Notes: a model not told the origin generated them from the sequence alone. Positions 25,758 to 41,777 are shown, counted from the stretch's first letter. The stretch: DNA of 64,000 nt from Eledone cirrhosa (GCA_964016885.1 OZ024742.1:242482001-242546000), one strand, 5' to 3'. Made by a program: numbers and translations.

Positions 25758-26221
25758 GCAGACATATATAAATGCACGGTTATGCCAGCAAGGCTCAGTG
25801 GTAAAGAAGCTTCTATTTCACACATGACGCTCTGGGTTCAATCCGACTCCGTAGAATTTTGGGTTATTGTCTTGCACCATAGCTTCGACTTGACCCAAGA
25901 GCTTGAGTATAACTGGATAAATGGAAGTTGTACTGCAGTCAATAGGAAGGGTTCTAGCTGTCAATCAATAGTGCAGTCTGATCAAATAATGCGTCATACC
26001 GATTCTGTTTAAAATTATGTTATTTATACAGATATTTGTTGAAATCTCTTGCACATTCCAGTTGATTTAACGAGCAGCATGTTCAAATAAAGTAATAACC
26101 AAAGTTGTATAGGTGATTTAAATTATGATCATGTTAGCTTAAAGCACGCATTCAATAAATCACACTTGTAAAACAAAGAAGAAATAGTTACATAGAAGAA
26201 ATAGTTACATACCTACTGGTA

Positions 26222-26323
<102 letters not shown>

Positions 26324-26330
26324 GTATATA

Positions 26331-27500
26331 CTAGCATCAGGACCCGGCGTTGCACGGAGTAGGAAACGTGAAATTGCAACACGCATATGCAGAGATTGAG
26401 GAGTGTGGCTGTGTACTTTTTGAATTCCCTTATTCTAAGGGAATGATTATCATCTACTGGAAACGTAGAACACCAGCAGGCCGAATCAAGTAGTATCAGT
26501 GTCAATGGGCTGATTGCCGAAATCCTGTATGCGAAAGGAGTAAGTAAGTGTTGTGGGGTGATGTATGTCGTAACTCTGTTCACGAATTACGTCAGTCTGA
26601 AGGAGCGTCGTAGTCAATTGTGTGAAAACCAAGTAGGGATGCACGTTTAAGTAAGGATATTGAGATGACGAAATCAGCGTGGCAACGCTGCTGCAGCAGA
26701 AGGGGTCATAGTTCAATTATCAGAAACCCTGGGCAGCACTGGTTGCACTGCATTTACACAACAAAGGTGTGCCAAAAGGGGTCACCGCGGAATTAGCACA
26801 ACCGCTGTTCGGCGTACTTGCGCAGGGCGTTTATACTGAGGTGTAGGTGCAACAAAAGGGGTCTTAGTAGAAGTAGCACAGACGTGAGTTTTGCGGTGTC
26901 AATAACACGGCAACGTACAGAGAACCCGGATTTGCGCGTGATGAAAGCACAAAGAGTCAACAGGGCGCCGACAAAACGTTTAAGGTCTCCCTCATTTCCT
27001 CAATCGCCTGAAAATGGTCCTGCTTAAAAGTAAGTGTTTTGGTCCTCTGTTAAATAAATCAAATTTTTAACAAAATATTATACGCTACTTACGATGTTTA
27101 AGAGGCGTTTATATTGAAAATGAAAATGGCATGTAATGCCCAATGCTAATTCATAAATTTCCTAGAAACCATTAATGGAATCGGAAACCTTTTTTTCCAC
27201 AGCAATCCGAGGGGAGTAACTAATGTGTGCTACAAAGTTTGAAAAAATCGGCTGGATTGTCTTTAAGTTACGCCTCAAAGAAGCCTAAAAATGCAAAAAA
27301 AAAAAAGAAACGGTTTTTCGCCTAATGCTGAAAAAGTAAAAATTGTTTTAGCCCAATGCACTTCAAGAAATATAAGTAATGCATGTGTAAAGTTTGAAAA
27401 AAATCGGTTGGGTACTTCTCGAGTTTTAAGGATTTACAGACAGACAGACACACAGGCAGACAGACATATAGACAGACATTCTCTATTTTATATGTATATA
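26331..27500 (-). mobile_element. Non-autonomous Helitron
   Basis: Minus-strand 3' end ccgtgcaacgccggg..CTAG|T; (gaca)n tract near the 5' end; 5' boundary merges with (TA)n. Confidence 0.7.
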
Positions 27501-27513
27501 TATATATATATAT

Positions 27514-27625
27514 AATATAGAAACAGCTTTTACAGGACTAGAACTGTTTCGAAGGAAATCGGGGCTTTCTTGATGATTTCCTTCAAATGAAACATTTCTA
27601 GTCCTGTAGAAGGCATTTCTATATT
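27514..27625. repeat. Short palindrome with a variant HHR (27564-27614, +; core TTGATGA)
   Basis: gctttc-TTGATGA-..-GAAA-ca..tg-TA-gaaggc; same family as 49243-49289. Confidence 0.6.
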
Positions 27626-27720
27626 AAACATTTATAATCTACTATCTATTGAGTACCTCACTTCCTGTAGTTACCCCCGATTGAAACCGGGATACACACA
27701 CACACACAAACGCACGCACA

Positions 27721-27820
<100 letters not shown>

Positions 27821-27862
27821 AACATATATATATATATATGTGTCCCTGTGTATGTATGTTGA

Positions 27863-28194
27863 TAGACCTCCATCGTTTCCGACCACCAGTTCTCCAATTA
27901 ATTAAATCAACGGGTAAAAACTTGATATTAATGTGCAACTAACAGAGTATTCTACTGACACGTAGTTCTCCGGGAGTATTATAACAGAGTATTCCACTAA
28001 AGTAGTTCTCAGGGAGATTCAGCATGATATAGAGAGCGACACAGACAGGTCATTTTTTTGTCAGATTACCTGACTGGGATAATGTTAAATAAAGTGTCTT
28101 GCTTATGAGCATAGCACACCGCTCAGTCTGGGAATCGAACTCATGACCCTACGATCGTAAGTCCAGTACTCTAACCACTAAGCCATGCACCTTC
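27863..28194 (-). mobile_element. tRNA-derived CORE-like SINE, second subfamily
   Basis: Reverse complement has A-box ggcttagtggtt and B-box gagttcgattcc; matches 50452-50757. Confidence 0.8.
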
Positions 28195-28861
28195 CTAGAC
28201 ACGCACACACGCATACACACATACCTATATATATATGTGTGTGTGTGTGTGCATAAAAAATAAGTCCATAGAATCATTAGATAAAATATATACAGTATTT
28301 CTTCTCCCAATCAGCATAATCAACCACACAAAAAATCATTTAAACGAGGCTATAAGTTTAAAATATACTTATGAAGAAACAAGAGATAAATGGTATAGCT
28401 TTTTATCCACAACTCACAGCTACAGAAAATTTACCTAGTATTTCTGATAGCCTGTAGAAATTGACTAGACATATAGTTAACCATATAGTTAACCAGGTAC
28501 AAAATCAAAGTTAGAAGAAAAAATGTACATAAACATACCAAAATCATCAAAATATCTTTACCCCTGGCGGTTTCATTCCATTTTTGGATATATCCGATCT
28601 TGGGTAAATCAGCGAGTTTGGAAATCATCAGGAGATAAACTCAATTGGACAAAGATTTTTCTTATATGATCCCCGCCAGAAACGAATTCAAAATAGCTAA
28701 GAATCGTCACGTGGCTAGTGGTCAAGGCAGAAAGTTTGTGATTGGTGCCTGTCGGCGAGTAGGCAGGTTGCTAGAAAGCGCAGCCGAATACTGCCTTAAG
28801 TTTACTCAAGCTTACGGGAGTATATAATATTTAAAGTGCATATACATATAAACTAGACAAA

Positions 28862-28913
<52 letters not shown>

Positions 28914-29028
28914 TTTTCCAACCATTCACGATGTGGCTCAATGACGAATTAATTAATAATTAATAATTGTTTCTACTTTTGGCACAAGGCCAGCAATTAC
29001 CCAGTACATTACTGGTACTTTATTTTAA

Positions 29029-29351
29029 CGTATTGAACAGAACAAATTTTGTATTTTTGTTAATCGCTTGTTAAATGTGCAAGGACCCCATTCAATCATT
29101 ACCTTCTATCTCTTCTCCTTCTTATAAATTCCTTAATTCTTAATCTAGCGTATTTTCAAACCTTAATTCCTAGCGTATTTTCAAACCGCAATTCCTAATT
29201 CTAGCGTATTTTCAAAACAAAAAACAAAATCCTTTCCTTCTTCCTTCTTTCGAAACTCGAAACTCCCGCTTCCTCGACCCCCACCCGCTACTTCGAAGGC
29301 ATGGCGGTCAAACGCCCAATACACACAATCATCATGCGGCCACCCACCCCC

Positions 29352-29404
<53 letters not shown>

Positions 29405-29921
29405 AGAAATTCACTTCGCCAAATTTCATTGCTTTGCTGTCAACCCCACGATATTCATGTAACGTAATGTACATATTTTTCTTCATCTCTACCTCCACAC
29501 TCCATATTTCGTATCAAGTCCAAATAGCCAATCTATCGCTAAAATAATCTACATTTTTTGTATTTATTAATTGTTAGATACGAAAGTTTTTGGTCGTATT
29601 GAACAGAACAAATTTTGTATTTTTGTTAATCGCTTGTTAAATGTGCAAGGACCCCATTCAATCATTACCTTCTATCTCTTCTCCTTCTTATAAATTCCTT
29701 AATTCTTAATCTAGCATATTTTCAAACCTTAATTCCTAGCGTATTTTCAAACCTCAATTCCTAATTCTAGCGTATTTTCAAAACAAAAAACAAAATCCTT
29801 TCCTTCTTCCTTCTTCCTTCTTTCGAAACTCGAAACTCCCGCTTCCTCGACCCCCACCCGCTACTTCGAAGGCATGGCGGTCAAACGCCCAATACACACA
29901 ATCATCATGCGGCCACCCCCA

Positions 29922-30011
<90 letters not shown>

Positions 30012-30196
30012 AGAAATTCACTTCGCCAAATTTCATTGCTTTGCTGTCAAAACCACGATATTCATGTAACGTAATGTACATATTTTTCTTCATCTCTACC
30101 TCCACACTCCATATTTCGTATCAAGTCCAAATAGCCAATCTGTCGCTAAAACAATCTACATTTTTTTGTATTTATTAATTGTTAGATACGAAAGTT
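29029..30196 (+). repeat. ~567-bp tandem duplication
   Basis: 29029-29587 repeated at 29596-30196; differences mainly in microsatellite length. Confidence 0.9.
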
Positions 30197-30622
30197 ATTG
30201 TTAATAATTAATAATTAATAATTAATAATTAATAATCAGAGCAATATATAAAGAGTAATTCCATAGAATCATTAGATAAAATATATACAGTATTTCTTCT
30301 CCCAATCAGCATAAATCAACCACACAAAAAATCATTATATATATATATATATATATATATATGCAAAAGTTCTAATTAAATTGTTGGTATCTCTCTCTCG
30401 TTTCTCTCTTTTTTCTTTTTTTTCGTTCTTTCTCTCTTTTTCTCTCTCTCCGTCTTTTTTTTTCTCTCTCTCCGTCTTTTTCCTTCTCTCTAACCCAGCG
30501 ACTTATTTTAAATATCCAATACTAATATAAGTAAACAACTCCACTATCCTGGAGCTTCCAACAGTAACGGTTGCATTTTTTAAGGGTATGTCAATATTTA
30601 TTTATAAAACTGATATATATTG

Positions 30623-30686
30623 TATTTGGTCTGATGAAAGCATACCATAATTTAACGTGGTGTCCTTGAAATATGTATAATAAATA
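30623..30686 (+). ncRNA. Type-I hammerhead in a pLTR-like repeat (family of 12971-13036)
   Basis: tatttggt-CTGATGA-aagcataccat..gtggtgtcctt-GAAA-tatgta-TA-ataaata. Confidence 0.65.
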
Positions 30687-30791
30687 AATATGGTTTTATA
30701 AATATAGTTTCCATTTGTTAATATCGTATTATATATATATATATATATATATATACTCGTGTATACAGTATATATATTTATATATATATAT

Positions 30792-31549
30792 ACAACATAG
30801 GTACTACACCATCTTTAATAAGAACACAATAAGACCCTCCTACTCCACCACACCTAACCTACACACTTCCCCATACAACATAGGTACTACACCATCTTTA
30901 ATAAGAACACAATAAGACTCTCCTACTCCACCACACCTAACCTACACACTTCCCCATACAACATAGGTACTACACCATCTTTAATAAGAACACAATAAGA
31001 CTCTCCTACTCCACCACACCTAACCTAGCTAGGAATATAGCCAATCACAATTCTAAAAAATTAAATAAGTCAACCACCTACGAACTCAATCCCCGGACTG
31101 GGGCTTTGTGTAATTGCCTAAATAAGGAAGCCTGCCCACTTGAAAACAAATGCCTGACAAATGATATCGTATACAAATGCGATGTCATCTCAGACACCGA
31201 TGATTGCAACAACAAAAAGACTTACACCGGCATGACTTCCAATAACTTTAAGACCCGGTGGTATGCCCATACCCACTCCGGACAAATCAAACCAGACAAC
31301 ACTCGCTTCCTATGTTTGGGACCTCAAAGGAACTCCACCCCCTTCACGCTTAAATGGAAAATACTCCAGAAAAGCGCGCTCATACAACGAAGAACACAAG
31401 TGCTGCGACCTTTGTATCTCAGAGAGCTACGAAATTTTATTCGCCAAGGGCCGCTACTGAACAAACTTTCTGAATACTGCCCGAACTGCATGCACAAAAA
31501 ATTTGCAACTTTCAAATACCTTAAGCCAGTGTTAATGCCCGAGGGCTAA
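30792..31549 (+). pseudogene. Naiad-like PLE GIY-YIG fragment with a triplicated 82-bp 5' end
   Basis: HRYYTIFNKNTIRLSYSTTPNL-type segment present three times; CNCLNKEACPLENKC..YTGMTSNNFKTRW..CDLC. Confidence 0.8.
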
Positions 31550-31849
31550 AAACGACTCCCACCCCCCCCCCTCTTTTCTTAAACACCAGCCGACAAAATA
31601 GCCCCTTTACCTCCTTCCCACCCCACCCCAACCCTTCCTCAACCTGAAACACGGCACTATGGTTATGTAAGTACCTCTTACCTATCTGCATTTTCTGGTT
31701 GTAGAGCTGTTTTTATGTGCCTGTGTATATGCGTATATTTATGAGTACATGTTTGTATGTATTTGTATGAGTGGCCGTTCGTTTGTATGCATATCGCTGT
31801 GTGTACGTGAGTTCACATGTACCTGCATATGGGCACGTTTGTGTATGTT

Positions 31850-31886
<37 letters not shown>

Positions 31887-31966
31887 ATGTATGTGTTTTG
31901 TGTGTGTGCGTGTGTGTATGTATATGTGTGTATATATATATATATGTGTATATGTATATATGTGTG

Positions 31967-32049
<83 letters not shown>

Positions 32050-32118
32050 ATATATATGTGTGTACATGTGTGTATATATATATATATGTAAATGTATATA
32101 TATGTGTATATATGTGTA

Positions 32119-32246
<128 letters not shown>

Positions 32247-32261
32247 TGTGTGTGTGTATAG

Positions 32262-32783
<522 letters not shown>

Positions 32784-33481
32784 GTCTGTAACTCTATATG
32801 ATTTGTTAAGTTATATGCCATTATATTATTATATTGTGATTTTAGTGTTATTTTAACTTTTATATTGTTTGTGCAAATTAACCGGAGATTATCTATTATA
32901 TAATTATATAGTTTATTATATATTTTATGCTTACTTTTAATCATTTATTCTTCATTTTATACTGTAAATATTATATGTATTATATTTTAATTTTATTTTC
33001 ATTTTTCATTTGTATCTTTATTTTTACTTTTATTATTATTATTCTTATTTATATTTAAACTCTTAATAAGGGTTAGTTTGTGCTTCTATTGATGGAAATG
33101 TGTATTGATATATATGTATATATGTGTACATATGTATGTATATGTATATGTATATTGGGCCTTTTAACATTATTATTATTATCATTATTAATTATATTAT
33201 ATTATATTATATTATATTATATTATATTATATTATATTATATTATATTATATATAGTACAATAATTCCCGCTCTATATCACCACCGCTGTTTTAGCTCTA
33301 GTTTTTGCATTGGACTATATTTGTAATATGGTTCAAAATGTTACTTACTTCCTTGGCAATTTTCACTTTATAATTTTTTACTTGATAATTTTTACCCGAT
33401 TATTTTCCTATGATTTAATCTATGTACACTCCATATTCTTCTGAGTTTTCGGCTTGTATTGGCTGATAGTGCTTCTTATAG

Positions 33482-33535
33482 CTTTAATTGCCCTGATGAG
33501 TCCTTAATAGGACGAAACATCGTTGGTTAATAAAG
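33482..33535 (+). ncRNA. Type-I hammerhead
   Basis: ..gcc-CTGATGA-gtcct(taat)aggac-GAAA-catcg-TT-ggt..; stem I imperfect. Confidence 0.7.
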
Positions 33536-33674
33536 ACTTATGATGTATTGAAGGCTTCTTTGGTTTATTTTCATAATTCTTCGGCTCTGTTTAATTACAT
33601 TGAGCTATACATTTACTGTCATTTCTATAATATGAAGAGGGTGTTTAACTCCAACACACTCTAGTATTTCAATT

Positions 33675-33729
<55 letters not shown>

Positions 33730-34562
33730 TAAAATAACAGATTAAAGTTTAAGCAAAGAATCGCTGCTTTCACCCTTAACGGGATCTTCTGAAACTAAAC
33801 ACATATATATGTCTGTATATTTATACACACACATACACATACATATACACATACATACACACATAAGTATCAACATATCCATACATACACATACATATAT
33901 ATAACGACACACACATATATATAGAAATAGAAATATATATATGTATATATATATGCGTACACATACACATACATAGCCATACACACATACATATACATAC
34001 ATACATACACACAATCATACCTATATACACACGTACATACATACACATACATAAATGTATACATATGCATGCACAAAATTAGAAAATATACACACACCTC
34101 TACATATTCGCACACGCAAATAACTATAAGAAAAAATATATATAAAATAATAAACGAAAATAAAGACCATTATATGTTGACAGCGATACAGGCAACAAAT
34201 AAATGAACAAACACACGTGGTAAGCAATACACACAAATGCACGTACACATACATACGTAAAAATAAATACATACACACACTCTCACACATAAATATACAT
34301 ATACAAATACATAAACACATACATACGCATACACAAATACATACACAAACACACACATACACATATACACACATATATACATACACACAAATATATCGAT
34401 TTTAAATCGTATGGTTGATTGTAGACTTGTTCTATATGTGACGGTATTTTAACGATAGTTATAGCTCTGATTCATCTGAATTATTGAGCCCTCTGCCGCT
34501 CATGTCGAATCTCGTTTATCGTGAACTCGTGCGCCGATTTTTCGATACTCGATCTTTCTAAT

Positions 34563-34593
<31 letters not shown>

Positions 34594-34699
34594 AACACAT
34601 ACACATACATATATATATATATACACACATACATACATAGCCATACAATTATACACATACAAATACGTACATATCACAAACACGCACAACCAAATACAA

Positions 34700-34795
<96 letters not shown>

Positions 34796-34885
34796 CTCAA
34801 TCTTAGATAATTCATATGAACCTTATTTAACTCCAAAATATACATATATATATAGTCATGTAATAAACAACATAAGGCAATTATT

Positions 34886-34941
34886 CCATTTACCAGTGGT
34901 TTCTTAAAAGCGAAAAATGTTTCCTTCAATCGTCAGAATGA
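34886..34941 (-). ncRNA. Type-I hammerhead
   Basis: Reverse complement: tcatt-CTGACGA-ttgaagg..cttttaa-GAAA-cc(act)gg-TA-aatgg. Confidence 0.75.
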
Positions 34942-35201
34942 GAAAATCCTGGTCTATCCATATATATACATATATACACATATATATATATACACATACA
35001 CATACACATACATTTTGTTATGTGAAGGGTAAGGCAAAAAAAATTATGGGGAAAAGGAGGGGGGGAAAAGACATAGGAAAAGGTTAGATATAAGGGGAGA
35101 TATTTATATATATATATATATATATGTATACATGTATGTTTGTGTGTGTGTATGTGGACCCCACAACATACCGTGGATATCTCTGTGTATATATATATAA
35201 T

Positions 35202-35341
35202 GTATAATAAACAATACAATATAATTACCTCATTACCAGAGGTTTCCCGGATAAGACGAATATAAGAAACGTCCTCATTGTATTCGTTTTATCCGGGAAA
35301 CCTCTGGTAATGGGGTAATTATATTGTATTGTTTATTATAC
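35202..35341. repeat. Palindrome (~62-bp arms) of a pLTR end related to 34860-34941; holds only the HHR 3' half
   Basis: GAAA-cc(tct)gg-TA-atgggg in the right arm; arms are reverse complements. Confidence 0.8.
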
Positions 35342-35419
35342 TTATATTTAGCTCTGTAACTTACATAGAGCACTCTTCACTCCAAATAATTTTTTCAATT
35401 TTCAACGGAAACTTCAATA

Positions 35420-35482
<63 letters not shown>

Positions 35483-35739
35483 ATAGAGGTGTAACACACG
35501 AGTTATGATATATTGGTAAAAGGAAAAGGAAATGCTGACAAATTGTTCCCAGTGAAAAATAGTTTAATTAGGAATAAGTAAAAATTAGTAATAGTATTGG
35601 TTAGTATTCAGTTTTGGTTTTAAGTTTTACCGGTTGCGCATTTCTAATGCTTTTCAAAAATAATTTTGAGATAGAGCGCCCGTGATGTTTGCTCTAATAT
35701 ATATATATGTGTGTGTGTGTGTATATATGTCTGTGTATG

Positions 35740-35792
<53 letters not shown>

Positions 35793-35823
35793 GTATATAT
35801 GTGTGTATGTGTGTGTGTGTATG

Positions 35824-35854
<31 letters not shown>

Positions 35855-35857
35855 ATG

Positions 35858-35904
<47 letters not shown>

Positions 35905-36011
35905 ATATGTTTGTATATGTATATACACATGTATATATATATATAAATATATATGTATATATATATATGTATATGTATGTGCATTTGTATATATATATGT
36001 ATATGTATGTG

Positions 36012-36042
<31 letters not shown>

Positions 36043-36182
36043 ATATATGTATATATGTGTGTATGTGTGTATGTGTATATATTTGTATATATGTGTATAT
36101 ATATGAGTATATATATGTATATATATATATATACGTGTGTGTGTGGTATATGTGTGTATATATATATATGTGTGTGTGTGTG

Positions 36183-36227
<45 letters not shown>

Positions 36228-36450
36228 ATATATATATATGTATGTATATATGTATGTGTGTGTATATATGTGTATGTATATATATGTATATATATATATA
36301 TATATATGTAGGAGGTGAGTTTTATATAGGAGGTGAGTTTTAAATAAAATATTTTTCCCAATATCACACATCAATCTAAAACTACTTTTCATATGTTGAT
36401 TTAAAACTGCACTATCCATAAGTGTTTTTTAGCTTCATATCATGTTCTCC

Positions 36451-36521
36451 TGTTTTATCTGATGAAAACACAAATATTATTGCATGATGATGTTTGTTTT
36501 TGAAATGCGCATAATAAAATA
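36451..36521 (+). ncRNA. Type-I hammerhead with long stem II
   Basis: tgttttat-CTGATGA-..-GAAA-tgcgca-TA-ataaaata; palindrome ATGCGCAT. Confidence 0.8.
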
Positions 36522-36558
36522 CATGGAACTCCTTTAACCATCTTTTGATCTTATATAT

Positions 36559-36748
<190 letters not shown>

Positions 36749-36750
36749 GA

Positions 36751-39700
36751 AACATAAGTCAATTGCATGAACTCATAATCCTTTATTTACTGCTATATAT
36801 ATTTCGACGATAGGTATTGAGTGGCTATGCCCTCATCAGGCAGTTAGTCAGTTCTTAGATATGCCAGCTCTGTATTTATGGTGTTGATGGTATCAGAGCC
36901 TTGGGACATATGAGCTTGTTAGGAATAATTTAATGTTCTCAGCAGGAATAATCTTAATTCTCATTGGTCAGTTTGTAGATGGTAGTAGGGTTGGTATTTG
37001 ACCTCAAAGAGGCAGGTGGTGTTGTAAAGTTCACACCATCAGGCAAGATGACAATAGTTCCATATGACTGATTTTCACAAAAAGCATTCCTGGTCAGATA
37101 TATATTCAATTGGGGTTTATAGTATGAAATTTGATACTACAGGTCAATCTTAAATTGAGGATTTTGTGTAGGGTGGTACTACTGAAACTTATGGTTAGAG
37201 TAGAGTACTAGAAAATTTACATATAAAAAGACTTATGTTGGTTGACTTGCACATACATTTACAGACACGCACAGACATCCACACATTCAAACTAAGGAAT
37301 TTATCTGGGGTGATAATACTGAAAATTATGGTAAGAGCCAAATACTTAGAGAGTTTAGAAATAAAAAGACTTATGTTGGTTTACTTGTACATACACTCAC
37401 ACCTACCCCCTCAGACACACACACATCTACACACACAAATCCATACAGGTGTGTACGCACAAGTGCACATATATATATATACGACAGAGACCCCCAAATC
37501 CAAGTATAAGGCAGACATAAAACTAGGTGGGTGTTATTTTTAAAGAAAAGTAAAGTGGGTGTTTGGAAAAGTTATTATTTAGACTAGACAAAGTAGAGTG
37601 TGATATATATCATCATAGCAATAGCTCGGGGCTTTGGAGCTTAGGCGAATCCCTTAGTACAGATACACATACCCAGCCATACTGGATGCGCGTGTATGTC
37701 TATATACACATGTGCGCTCATACAAGAGAGCATATACAAACATACAAACTCCTAAGCATACACTTGAACATTTTTCAAATGCAACCTGGGGTATTAGTAT
37801 TTCGTTGCGTTCACATGAGTGTCTACACTTACGTAATCCCAGTATACACACACCATGTACGGTTACGGGCACTCATTCATGTGTATAGGGTTAGTACCTT
37901 GGTATGATTGTTCTTCTTGTGTGGGCCACTCCCGGGGGGTGTTCTTCAGGTTCAATAAAAGAGGTTTAGTTGCCTCCTAACCAGAAGAGGATTCGGTGGA
38001 CAATCCACCATAGGGACCACAAACTATGGGTGGTTGTAGTCCATTGGTCATTAGTACGGGGTGTAGGGGACGTACAAGGGGTGGGGGCGCAGGCCAGAAC
38101 CGGGGTTTATCCATACAGCTTGTGGAAAGTTCCAGTCCTTAGGTGTCTGCAGGCGCCGAATAAGTCGGCCCTTCTGTTTAATAGCTTCGTTCCGCCATGA
38201 AGTATCTCGAGTGTCTCACTAAGACAGAGGTTGCAAATACCAGATCCACCTCTGCCTGGGGGAACCTTTCTAACCACGGACCAGACCAGGGAGTGCGGGG
38301 TCTTTTCAAGTTTGAGCTTCCAGATCAATTCAGAAAGGGCCGTACATTTCCTCTTTTCTATTCTGTTAAAGGAATGGCGATGGTTATACCACCTATTTTT
38401 GAAGCTCCTGGCCGTGGATCCTATGTAGTGGTGCTCCGAGTTAGGGGTTGTGGCCTTGCACCTGTAGATTACGTTTTTCGTCATGCATTCATTACTAAGG
38501 GGACATAGTGATGGGTCTCTGTAATTGCATGACTTCTTAAGCCCCAGCACATGTATCGCGTGGTTACCATCACTCGGGGTTGGCTGGGTAGCCGCCGCAA
38601 TCAGCACAGGGTCGTTGGGTTCCAGTGTGCTAGATGGGCCTGTCCGGGGTCTGGTGCGTCTCGCGTGCTGGTTCCGTTGGGTGGCTCCGGGGTTTACGGT
38701 GATATTAGTGGAAGTGAGCCTATTCCTATTTATGCCGGCTATGTGCTGGGCTACTTAGCGTGTGGTTCAGTAGGAAAGTTTCACCGTGTGCCTGTTGAAT
38801 ATTTTATGGTACTTGTGGGCCCTAGGGAAACATTTATCCAGTACTCTAAAGAATGTTCTAGCCAGGCTGGTCGGTAGACCCACCGAGTACGGGGGGTTAT
38901 ACCATGTGACCTTCCTGGTCCTATTCTTGCGGGGTTGTTGGGTGTCCGCCGTGGTCCATCGCGAGGTTGTGCACAGCTCAGGTTGAGCTCGGTTGGTGTC
39001 ACTCAGGTGTGCGGAGCTGTCACTATCATGAGGGTTATAAGGGCCCACTGTGGGGCTATAGACCTGGCTATAGACCTGCGGCACCCTGCTCAATTAGGGT
39101 TCGGCGGGTGGTGGGGCCGGTGCAGGAGTGCCTATGCACCGTACCGCAGTGGTTTCTGCGGTGTAGGTATTAGACCGGTGGGGTATGCGGGACCTTCTAC
39201 CGGGGGTGGTGACGGATAGGGGTCTGGGAGTGTTACTACTGGTCAACGAGGTGTTAGGTGGGCGACCCATGCCCCTGAGGGTATTGGCCCGGGGTACCCT
39301 TGGGTCATCTCGATCATGTCCTTTAGGGTTATAGCTGATCCTATGGCTGTGGGATGCCTTAGCTAGCGCTGAGTTATAGTAATCAGCATTACTATTGAAG
39401 ATGTCTTTATTGGCTGACAAGTTAGAGATCCTTTCAGAGACACTCTTAACTACGGCCTTACTATAGATCGAGGGTGAATGGACCCAGCCTTGATATACAC
39501 CAGCTTCTCATTGGGTTTATGATATGGGTGGTGTAGCTTGGTGTTGAGGTTGAGGGTGGTGTCCAAGAAAATCACTACTTTTCTATTGGGTTCCATCTCT
39601 ACTTTAAGTCCTACCATGCTAAAGAAGTGTCTAATTCTCCTCTTCATATTTTCGACCATTGTGGTCCTGTGGTCCACGACGGTGAAGAGTGCATCGTCTC

Positions 39701-40047
39701 GGTACATTCCGCCACCCAGGTTGGGTATTTCGCTCCTGATCTCGTAGAGTATGTATATCCCCACCAATTCCGTTAGCTGTGCGGAGTCACTGGAGCACAT
39801 TGTAATGACAAAATTATTTGGCCAGTCACTCCGGGTCCATATGTCTCCACCGAATCGGATCAGGGTCTTTCTGGCGGCGTGTATGATTCGGACCTCGTCG
39901 CGCGTTAGGACTGTCCTTTTTATCGCGAATATGAGAGCCATGTTCAGGACTATGGGCGAGATAGAGGAGTAGTAATTGTTGATGTCTAGTTGTATGAAGC
40001 TAGTCCTACGTTTGTCAAGTAACAATGTAAACCAGTCCAGCACCTAT
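36751..40047 (-). mobile_element. 5'-truncated Naiad-like PLE (RT, linker, GIY-YIG, long 3' UTR/pLTR)
   Basis: FIQLDINNYYSSI, GMYRDDA, FLDTTLNL, WYNPPYS, YIGSTARSFKNRWYNH, CNLC..CRH; terminal segment 36751-36935 repeated directly at 42144-42330. Confidence 0.88.
36789..36844 (-). ncRNA. Type-I hammerhead in the 3' pLTR
   Basis: Reverse complement: actgc-CTGATGA-..-GAAA-tatata-TA-gcagt. Confidence 0.75.
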
Positions 40048-40092
40048 ATATGTGTATAACATAAAATCAAAAGATGGTTAAAAGGGTTCCAT

Positions 40093-40165
40093 CTATTTTA
40101 TTATGCGCATTTCAAAAACAAATATCATCATGGGATGATATTTGCGTTCTCATCAGATAAAATAG
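40093..40165 (-). ncRNA. Type-I hammerhead, same family as 36451-36521
   Basis: Reverse complement: ctattttat-CTGATGA-gaacgcaaatatcat..atgatatttgtttt..-GAAA-tgcgca-TA-ataaaatag; 9-bp stem I. Confidence 0.82.
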
Positions 40166-40224
40166 GGAGACATAATATGAAGCTTAAAAAATAATTGCGA
40201 GCAGTGAAGTGTTAATTCAACATA

Positions 40225-40255
<31 letters not shown>

Positions 40256-40378
40256 GTGTGTATATGTATATATGTATATATATGTGTATATATGTATATA
40301 TGTATATATATGTATATATATATATATATATACATATGTATGAATATATATGTATATATTTGTGTATGTGTGTATATG

Positions 40379-40467
<89 letters not shown>

Positions 40468-40650
40468 TTATATTTAAGTAACAGCCGTACTAAGAGTGAG
40501 ATATGAAATTTCGTTTCATTTTTTCCGTTTATCGTTTTCGGTGCGCCCGGCCGATTAACTCACTCGATTTGCAAATTAGGCTGCTCAAACGTTAATATGC
40601 ATAAGGAAAGTATATACTTTCAGACTTTCAATCATCTGGCAGGAAGGTAT

Positions 40651-40693
40651 ACGGTGCTGACGATAGCTAATAAGCTTGAAACTAGTACATCGT
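40651..40693 (+). ncRNA. Minimal type-I hammerhead in a solo pLTR (~40474-40785)
   Basis: acggtg-CTGACGA-t-agct(aata)agct-t-GAAA-ctag-TA-catcgt. Confidence 0.85.
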
Positions 40694-40872
40694 TCCTTTG
40701 TCAGTGTTGAACAAAAGAGCAACGATGGTTGCTAAACACTCTACGGCTTAATCCGAGCATCATAATAAATGTTCGGTAAATCCATACGTACATATATATA
40801 TGTGTGCATGTATGTATATATATATACTTGCTACTGTACATCTGTATACATATATGTATGTACGTATACATA

Positions 40873-41005
<133 letters not shown>

Positions 41006-41082
41006 TACCCACTCTACTACCTCAAGTATTGAGTACTTTGGTGCGTTATAGTCCACCTGGTTCCTTACCACATTTCCTTCGT

Positions 41083-41131
<49 letters not shown>

Positions 41132-41225
41132 GTGTATATGTGTATGTATGTATATATATAAATATATATATGTGTGTGTGTGAGTGTGTGTATGTATGTG
41201 TGTGTATTTATATGATATGTATGTG

Positions 41226-41256
<31 letters not shown>

Positions 41257-41303
41257 GTATATATGTATATATGTGTGTATATGTGTTTATATGTGTGTAT
41301 ATA

Positions 41304-41350
<47 letters not shown>

Positions 41351-41456
41351 GTATACGTGTGTGTATATGTATATATATATATATATATATACATGTATTT
41401 ATATATATATACATATACACACATATACGTATATATACATATATATATGTGTGTGT

Positions 41457-41581
<125 letters not shown>

Positions 41582-41777
41582 TGTATATATAGGTGTATGT
41601 GTATGTATGTGTGTATGTATACATATGTGTATATGTATATACGTGTATATGTGTGTATGTGTGTATATGTGTGTATGTAAATATGTGTATATGTATATAT
41701 ATATATATATATGTGTATATATATGTATATATATATATGTGTGTATATATATATGTGTGTGTATATATGTGTGTGTG

